A stretch of DNA of 64,000 nt from Candidatus Delongbacteria bacterium (GTDB lineage Bacteria; CAIWAD01), in NCBI GenBank assembly GCA_963663545.1, contig OY760505.1:352001-416000 (forward strand). Direction: 5' to 3'. A program made the position numbers and the translations under genes. The notes under the pieces were generated by a model, which saw only the letters and a list, made by a program, of their open reading frames with translations, ran no database searches and was not told where the DNA came from. Each line of letters begins with the position of its first letter. The first letter of the stretch is position 1. Positions 58,560-64,000 of the stretch are shown piece after piece.

Positions 58560-59774
58560 TCACTCCTTGTTGGGGTCGTGCAGATCAATGTCCAGCATTT
58601 CGGTGTCCCCCAGGTACTTCACGCGCTTGATCTCCTCGACGCGCTCCAGGTGGCGGGCCACCGTTTCGATCTTGCGGCACGAGGTTTCAATGACGTCCAG
58701 GCGATGCAATAGGTTCTCATCCGCCTCTTCGCCTAGATGACGCCGGATCATGAAGAGGTTGCCAATGATGGTGGTCAGCGGATTGTTGATTTCGTGATTC
58801 ACCGTCACCGCAGCCAGCATCACAGCGCGCAGACGCTCGGCTTCCGTAGCCTGCTCCTCAAGACGGCGCCGCTCCGTCATGTCGCGAATAATGGCCATCG
58901 TCGAAGCCCGCATCGGGTGTTTGCTGCTCAACGGCGTCAGCGTCAGTTGTATCACGCGTAGTGGTGGCTGGCCCTCTTCGCCAGGGAGCTCAACTTCCTC
59001 AAGACTGCGATGGCCGTTGGCAATGCCCTCCAGCAATCGATCGCGCTGTTCCGGGTCGGCGACAAAATCCAGCAGGCAACGCCCCACCAGGCGACCGGGC
59101 TCAATGGCCACAACCTCGGCCCGCTGGTTGCTGTAGCGAATGCGTCCTTCACTGTCCAGCAACAGAATCAGATCCGTGGCGCTATCAAACATTTCCTGCA
59201 ACTGGGCACGGCTATCGGCGAGCTGAGCCAGCAAACGAGAGTTTTCCAGCGCCATGGCGGCCTGAGCAGCAGCGAAGGCCAACAGATCCATACGCTGAGC
59301 GGTCAGTTCCTGCTCCTGCATGGGCGTGCGAATCAGCAGCACGCCGATGCCGGTGTTCATCACGGCAAGCGGCACGAGCAGATCACTTTTTCCGCTCCCG
59401 GTGCCCAGCAGATCGGGCACCTGCACCGGACGTCCTTCTTCAAGCACCCAATCGCAGATGCCTTCTTCGTTCAAATTGTACACAGCCTGACGGATGGTAA
59501 CGGAAGGGTCGCCTACCGCTTCAAGCAGGTGTTCGCTGTTGTAAAGGAACAAGCCCAGGTGCGGCTCGGGGAGCACACGGTCCAGTAGCGTCTGCAGCGC
59601 TTCGACGATCGAACTGGTTTCAGTGGAGGAACGCACGGTTCGCGCCAGATTCTGGATCTCGCGCAACTCCTCCAGGCTGTGCTTCAACTCGGCACGCACG
59701 GCCCGTAGGTGTTCCACCTCCTGCTGCAATTCGGTCTGCGCTATTTTCAGACGACCCTCACCCTCCGGCGCCAT
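58560..59774 (-). CDS. GAF + PAS + HisKA protein lacking a HATPase domain
   Basis: GAF, PAS (D.EGRI...N, RDMTERR) and NHEINNPL; ends shortly after HisKA. Confidence 0.8.
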   Translation of the reverse strand: MAPEGEGRLKIAQTELQQEVEHLRAVRAELKHSLEELREIQNLARTVRSSTETSSIVEALQTLLDRVLPEPHLGLFLYNSEHLLEAVGDPSVTIRQAVYNLNEEGICDWVLEEGRPVQVPDLLGTGSGKSDLLVPLAVMNTGIGVLLIRTPMQEQELTAQRMDLLAFAAAQAAMALENSRLLAQLADSRAQLQEMFDSATDLILLLDSEGRIRYSNQRAEVVAIEPGRLVGRCLLDFVADPEQRDRLLEGIANGHRSLEEVELPGEEGQPPLRVIQLTLTPLSSKHPMRASTMAIIRDMTERRRLEEQATEAERLRAVMLAAVTVNHEINNPLTTIIGNLFMIRRHLGEEADENLLHRLDVIETSCRKIETVARHLERVEEIKRVKYLGDTEMLDIDLHDPNKE

Positions 59775-59776
59775 GC

Positions 59777-60676
59777 CTAGTCCTCCACCTCACGTCCAAG
59801 CACCAGACTGCGGAAGGTCTCGGCGCGCTGGAGTTCTTCCTCGTAGCGTTCGCGGTACCAGTTGATATCCAGGCTGCCGATCTCGTTGCGGCGCAAGCCA
59901 AGCAGGCTGACGACCTCATCACCGGGCGCCGACAGGGGACCTTCCTGCAGAGGATTGTCGGAAACCAGGTGCGCCAGATGCTCCGCCACGTGCACAATAC
60001 CGGTCAACATGTCCGGCCGGTCCATCTCCATCGGATGGTGATGCATCGCAATCGCGTCGCAGATGCTGTCGGGCAGATTCCAACGACGGCAGAGCATGCC
60101 GCCCACTTCGGCGTGACTCATGCCCAATTCCTGATGCTCGATGACCCAGAGATACGTGTTCTGGTCATTGAGCGCCGCCGTGATACGTTCGTGTTCGTCG
60201 GGAACATAACGCGCAATTACCAGTCGGCCAATGTCGTGCAGCAGCCCGGCCACAAAGGCCTCGCCCACAGCTCGGTGGCCGCACTCGCGCTGGATCATGC
60301 GCGCTGCAATGGCCGTCGAGACGCTGTGCTCCCAGAAATCCGTCATGCCCATGCCGGAGGGGCCGCCCATGTTCAGGCGCTCCACCAAACTGGCAGAAAC
60401 CGCCAGATCGCGCACTGTATTGAAGCCCAGCACGACGATGGCCAGATTGATGGTGCCGATGCGGCGGGGAAATCCATAATACGCACTGTTGGCCAGTTTC
60501 AGCATGCGCGCCGTCAGCGCCGGATCGGAAGCGATCAGCCGCGACAGTGTGGAGGCGTCGGTGCGGGGATTGTCCACCAGCTCGACGATTTTCGCCACCA
60601 CCGTCGGCAAGGTGGGCAGATCAAGAATACCACCCGCTATGCGGCGCATGCGCGCTCTTTTGTCCGTGTCTTCCAT
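59777..60676 (-). CDS. HDOD domain protein
   Basis: LPTLP, DPALTARMLKLANSAYYG, FWEHS, GLLHDIG, HAEVG..L...WNLP. Confidence 0.93.
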   Translation of the reverse strand: MEDTDKRARMRRIAGGILDLPTLPTVVAKIVELVDNPRTDASTLSRLIASDPALTARMLKLANSAYYGFPRRIGTINLAIVVLGFNTVRDLAVSASLVERLNMGGPSGMGMTDFWEHSVSTAIAARMIQRECGHRAVGEAFVAGLLHDIGRLVIARYVPDEHERITAALNDQNTYLWVIEHQELGMSHAEVGGMLCRRWNLPDSICDAIAMHHHPMEMDRPDMLTGIVHVAEHLAHLVSDNPLQEGPLSAPGDEVVSLLGLRRNEIGSLDINWYRERYEEELQRAETFRSLVLGREVED

Positions 60677-60996
60677 CAGGCTCTCAAATCGATATGGGGA
60701 TGGGGCTCATCACCGTCCTCCGCGTCCTCGGCGGAGTCTTTGCGTTTGCGCCGCTCCCTTTCCTGAACAAGCGGGATATCAATCGTATCACCGCGTTCGT
60801 CCTGTTCCTGTGATACACGCGATGCGCGATCTCGATCCTCATCACGGGGGTCTTCGTCCTCACCACGTTCCTCCTCCGTGACACGCCGTACAAGCTCCTC
60901 GCGGAAAGATTGGCTATCCTCCGGACGCATGTGCTGACGACTGCGGCGACTGACAGGGTCTACGCGCCGCGGGCCACCGGGGGGACGAATGTTCAT
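60676..60996 (-). CDS. Small charged hypothetical protein
   Basis: Fills the gap between fliA and HDOD, RBS GGGAGG, ends HIDLRA. Confidence 0.55.
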   Translation of the reverse strand: MNIRPPGGPRRVDPVSRRSRQHMRPEDSQSFREELVRRVTEEERGEDEDPRDEDRDRASRVSQEQDERGDTIDIPLVQERERRKRKDSAEDAEDGDEPHPHIDLRA

Positions 60997-61015
60997 CCCG
61001 ACCTCCCGTGATACA

Positions 61016-61780
61016 TCAGGGGGCGATCATCCTCCTGATGTGCGACTTCATGCTGGCGATGATCTTCGTATGAATCTGGCTCACACGCGACTCGCTGATA
61101 TCGAGTACGCGGCCAATTTCCTTCAGGGTCAGTTCTTCGTAGTAATAGAGCGCGATCACCAGTTTCTCCTGCTCGGGGAGACGGTTGATCAGATCAATAA
61201 TCAGACGCTTGATCTCCTTGCGCTCCATCATGTCCAACGGATTGTCGTGACGCGCGTCTTCCACCAGGTCGTACAAGCTGCCGGAAGCATCCTGATCACT
61301 GCCGGACAGGGGACGATCGAAGGACAACATCGTTGTGGCGCCCACTTCATCGAGCAGTTTGTGATACTCGCTGATGCTCAAGCCCATCGCCTCGGCGACT
61401 TCTTCTTCGGTGGGCACGCGTCCCAATCGGGCTTCCAGCTCGGTCAACGCCGACTCGTGCTGCTTCTCCTTGGCGCGAATGGAACGCGGCACCCAGTCGT
61501 AGTCGCGCAGACCGTCGAGGATGGCTCCACGAATGCGAGGAATTGCATAGGTCTCGAACTTGAAGCCCAGCGAAGGATCGAAGTTTTCGACGCTGTTGAT
61601 CAGTCCAAGAATGCCCGAGCCCACCAGATCATCCAGACAGACAGAATGGGGCAAAGACATTTTCATGCGGCTGGCCACCTGTTTTACCAGGGGGAGATAG
61701 GTCACCAGCAGCTTTTCCTTCATCGGCTCGCTGCGCTCCTTGGAGTAGGACGCCCATAGCTCGTCCGCGCGGATCGCCAT
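61016..61780 (-). CDS. fliA: Flagellar sigma factor sigma-28 (FliA/WhiG)
   Basis: KFETYA..RIRGAILD.LR..DWVPRS and LYYYEELTLKEIG.VL.ISESRVSQIH. Confidence 0.96.
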   Translation of the reverse strand: MAIRADELWASYSKERSEPMKEKLLVTYLPLVKQVASRMKMSLPHSVCLDDLVGSGILGLINSVENFDPSLGFKFETYAIPRIRGAILDGLRDYDWVPRSIRAKEKQHESALTELEARLGRVPTEEEVAEAMGLSISEYHKLLDEVGATTMLSFDRPLSGSDQDASGSLYDLVEDARHDNPLDMMERKEIKRLIIDLINRLPEQEKLVIALYYYEELTLKEIGRVLDISESRVSQIHTKIIASMKSHIRRMIAP

Positions 61781-61782
61781 AT

Positions 61783-62151
61783 CTAGGCCTCATCCTCATT
61801 TGCGCCCAAACCGGGGGCACTTTCACCACTATCAATCATGTTCACCAGCTCCGCCACCTTCTCGCGACGACGACGACGCTCGCGCAACACACGTTCTTCT
61901 TCTTCACGCGCCATGCGCAGATTTTCGCGCAGCTCGTCTTCGCGCTGCCGGTACTGAGCGTATTTGGTCAGCACGCGTATCACACCGCCGAGCAGGCTGA
62001 CCGCCAGCCAGATAAAAAAGGCACGAATGGCGCTATCCCAGAGCGGATGCCCGCTGCCGACGCGCACGAGTAGAAAACCCAGAAAGACCAGCAGGCCTAC
62101 CTGGTTCATGATCTTCTCGCCATCGCTGGGACGTCGTGCACTAGCGGCCAT
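61783..62151 (-). CDS. Hypothetical two-TM protein with coiled-coil tail
   Basis: Two hydrophobic segments; tightly packed between the flhG-like gene and fliA. Confidence 0.65.
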   Translation of the reverse strand: MAASARRPSDGEKIMNQVGLLVFLGFLLVRVGSGHPLWDSAIRAFFIWLAVSLLGGVIRVLTKYAQYRQREDELRENLRMAREEEERVLRERRRRREKVAELVNMIDSGESAPGLGANEDEA

Positions 62152-62896
62152 CGATCAAACTCCGTTCTCCGATCTGGTGCTGCGGCGCATGTACCATCAG
62201 ATCCGGGCGATGAGCCCAGGCCATTTCCAGATGCAGCAAACGACGCGCAAGGCTGCGTATCACGCGCGAATTCGGATGATTGGGCACGGCACGCAACAGG
62301 GAAACGTGTTCCCGCGTAGCACGCCGGGAATCAAGAGCATCACGAATGCCGCCCAGCACCAGCAATTCACGGCCGCCAAGGGCTTCGAGGCGCGCATTGA
62401 ACTCGTCGCCCAGCTGCTGCCATTCCTGGTTGTAGCTGATGCGGTTGAAGCACACGTACACCGGTAATCCCGGCTGATCGCGCAGGATGCGACTTGCCAG
62501 CAGCAGCCCCTTGGCGGGACCGTCTTCGCGTGCATCCACCATCAGCAAGACTTCATCCGCCATTGCGTACCAAGGGCTGTTTGCCACCGCGAGGCCCGTG
62601 AAGCGGTCGACGAGTACAAAGTCGGCCTCTTCGCTCATACGGCGCAAACTGGCGTGCGCGGGTTGAGCCAGAAACTCCAGCGGACACAGACTGGGTCCGT
62701 GACGCATTTGTAACACAAGGCCTGTATCACGGCGCTCACCGCGTGGAGTCATTTCGGCGGGAGGCATATTGTCCAGGCCAGTGGCAATCAGCACCTCACG
62801 CCCGAGCTCCGCCAGAGCATCGCCCAGCGCTAGCCCCAGACTGCTGACTCCCTGCCCTGCTGGCAATCCAGTCAAAAGAATGGTGCGGCCGTCCAT
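62141..62896 (-). CDS. Degenerate FlhG/MinD-like protein
   Basis: Position between flhF and fliA; ADFVLVD, ADEVLL, .NR and LG.I.D motifs; Walker A degraded. Confidence 0.65.
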   Translation of the reverse strand: MDGRTILLTGLPAGQGVSSLGLALGDALAELGREVLIATGLDNMPPAEMTPRGERRDTGLVLQMRHGPSLCPLEFLAQPAHASLRRMSEEADFVLVDRFTGLAVANSPWYAMADEVLLMVDAREDGPAKGLLLASRILRDQPGLPVYVCFNRISYNQEWQQLGDEFNARLEALGGRELLVLGGIRDALDSRRATREHVSLLRAVPNHPNSRVIRSLARRLLHLEMAWAHRPDLMVHAPQHQIGERSLIDGR

Positions 62897-64000
62897 TATT
62901 CCTCCCCGTGTTCCACCAGCAGCAACCCGGGTTGTAACACAGCGGCGGCCAGCAACTGGGCGCGGGCGCGTTTCAGGTCTCCGGGAATGCTCTGTCCTAC
63001 AGCAAGATAGCTAAGTGGCAGACGAGTACGGGCAGCAAGTTCCGCTGCGGCGCCAATTCGCCGTGTTTCATCCAGCTTGGTCAATAGCAGCCGATCTGCT
63101 CCGAGTCCGCGGAAGCGCTGTGCCACTTCGACCATATCCTCCAGCCGCGTGCTGGCACCCATCACCAAGTGCGTCTCCGCAGGCTGCAGGATTTCCAGAA
63201 AACTGCTCAGTCGTTCCAGTGTGACACGCTGGTACAGGCCGCAGCCGGGAGTGTCGACAAAGATCAGCTCACAGCCCGCCAGTCGCTCCAGCGCTCGAGG
63301 CAACTCGGCGGGACGATACACGGGTTCCAGGCGGCACTTGGCAATACTGGCCAGACGCCGTACTTGATCCACGGCCGCGATGCGCTGTGTATCCAGAGTC
63401 AACACGCCGACGCGGTGCCCGCCAAAGGCCTCGCGGTTGAGCATCATTTTGGCGATGGTCGTCGTCTTGCCCACACCCGTGGGACCGACCAGCGCAATCA
63501 GTCTCGGGCCACGAACGCCCTCAAACTGTAGTGGTGTCGCACAGGCCAGCCTGCGCGCCAGGGCAGTGCGCAAGGCGGGTTCCAGCTCAGCCATGGAGCC
63601 CTCGCGAGGCAGCTCATCCAGGATGCTGGTAGCCAGGGGACGTGACACGCCGGAATGCAAAAGCTGACGGTACAGCGTTTCCGCCGGTCCGGTGTAGGCC
63701 GGTGCACTGGGACCAAACTGGACGACCTGTGATACATCCATGAGGGTACGCTGCATACTACGGATCTCGTCACGCAGTCCCTGCAGTTCGCGGCTTTCCG
63801 ACTCACCGGCTTGCGTGGATACCGCAGTTGACGCAGCCGCCGGGGGAGCGGATTGCGTTGCCGGAGTCGCCAGCCGCTGCACCGGCGCTTCTGCCTGTAC
63901 ACCGGTTTTGCGTGTGTGAGCCCGCTGAGCTTGTGCTGCCGCAGTCTGTGTTTCACGGCGCTTCAGCCTGGGCAGACGGCCATCGCCCGAAGCCTGCAAA
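62896..64000 (-). CDS. flhF: Flagellar SRP-family GTPase FlhF (5' end outside the window)
   Basis: GPTGVGKTTT.AK, DT.RIAA, DTPG, TKLDET, GQ.IP.DL. Confidence 0.92.
   Translation of the reverse strand, partial: LQASGDGRLPRLKRRETQTAAAQAQRAHTRKTGVQAEAPVQRLATPATQSAPPAAASTAVSTQAGESESRELQGLRDEIRSMQRTLMDVSQVVQFGPSAPAYTGPAETLYRQLLHSGVSRPLATSILDELPREGSMAELEPALRTALARRLACATPLQFEGVRGPRLIALVGPTGVGKTTTIAKMMLNREAFGGHRVGVLTLDTQRIAAVDQVRRLASIAKCRLEPVYRPAELPRALERLAGCELIFVDTPGCGLYQRVTLERLSSFLEILQPAETHLVMGASTRLEDMVEVAQRFRGLGADRLLLTKLDETRRIGAAAELAARTRLPLSYLAVGQSIPGDLKRARAQLLAAAVLQPGLLLVEHGEE

Noticed and set aside
59-63667. Many long + strand ORFs (e.g. 3853-5457, 13951-15357, 31585-33063)
   Set aside because: They are antisense shadows of well-supported minus-strand genes in GC-rich DNA, with no recognisable motifs.

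Overview
Bacterial chromosome segment, about 60% GC, with almost all genes on the minus strand. Many secreted proteins end in a 'PNPFNP...LLK' T9SS/FlgD-like C-terminal domain (CTD), and flagellar regulators are present, which suggests an FCB-superphylum candidate lineage (inference). Order along the window: (1) partial secreted metalloprotease, trpF, SPOR lipoprotein, then a MoxR/DUF58/Bat operon (2.7-10.9 kb). (2) A ~17 kb accessory array (11.9-28.8 kb) of eight intact, one pseudogenised and one remnant secreted FGE-sulfatase (C-type-lectin fold) genes. Four are paired with a near-identical small CTD-bearing partner gene, most units have their own sigma-54 promoter, and their C-termini carry a diversity-generating-retroelement (DGR)-like variation signature, although no RT or template repeat is visible. 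(3) An orphan DNA methyltransferase, mtaB, rpsA, a lamin-tail protein and two FG-GAP proteins bracketed by 125-bp direct repeats. (4) An aminotransferase, plsC, cmk, rluB (six 90-bp repeats), scpB and scpA. (5) A peptidase, a metal permease and an ECF sigma/anti-sigma operon. (6) A flagellar regulatory cluster (two GAF-HisKA proteins, HDOD, fliA, a degenerate flhG, flhF). The heptamer GTGATAC/GTATCAC is about 10-fold over-represented by manual count. Product calls rest on motif recognition by eye; no database searches were run.
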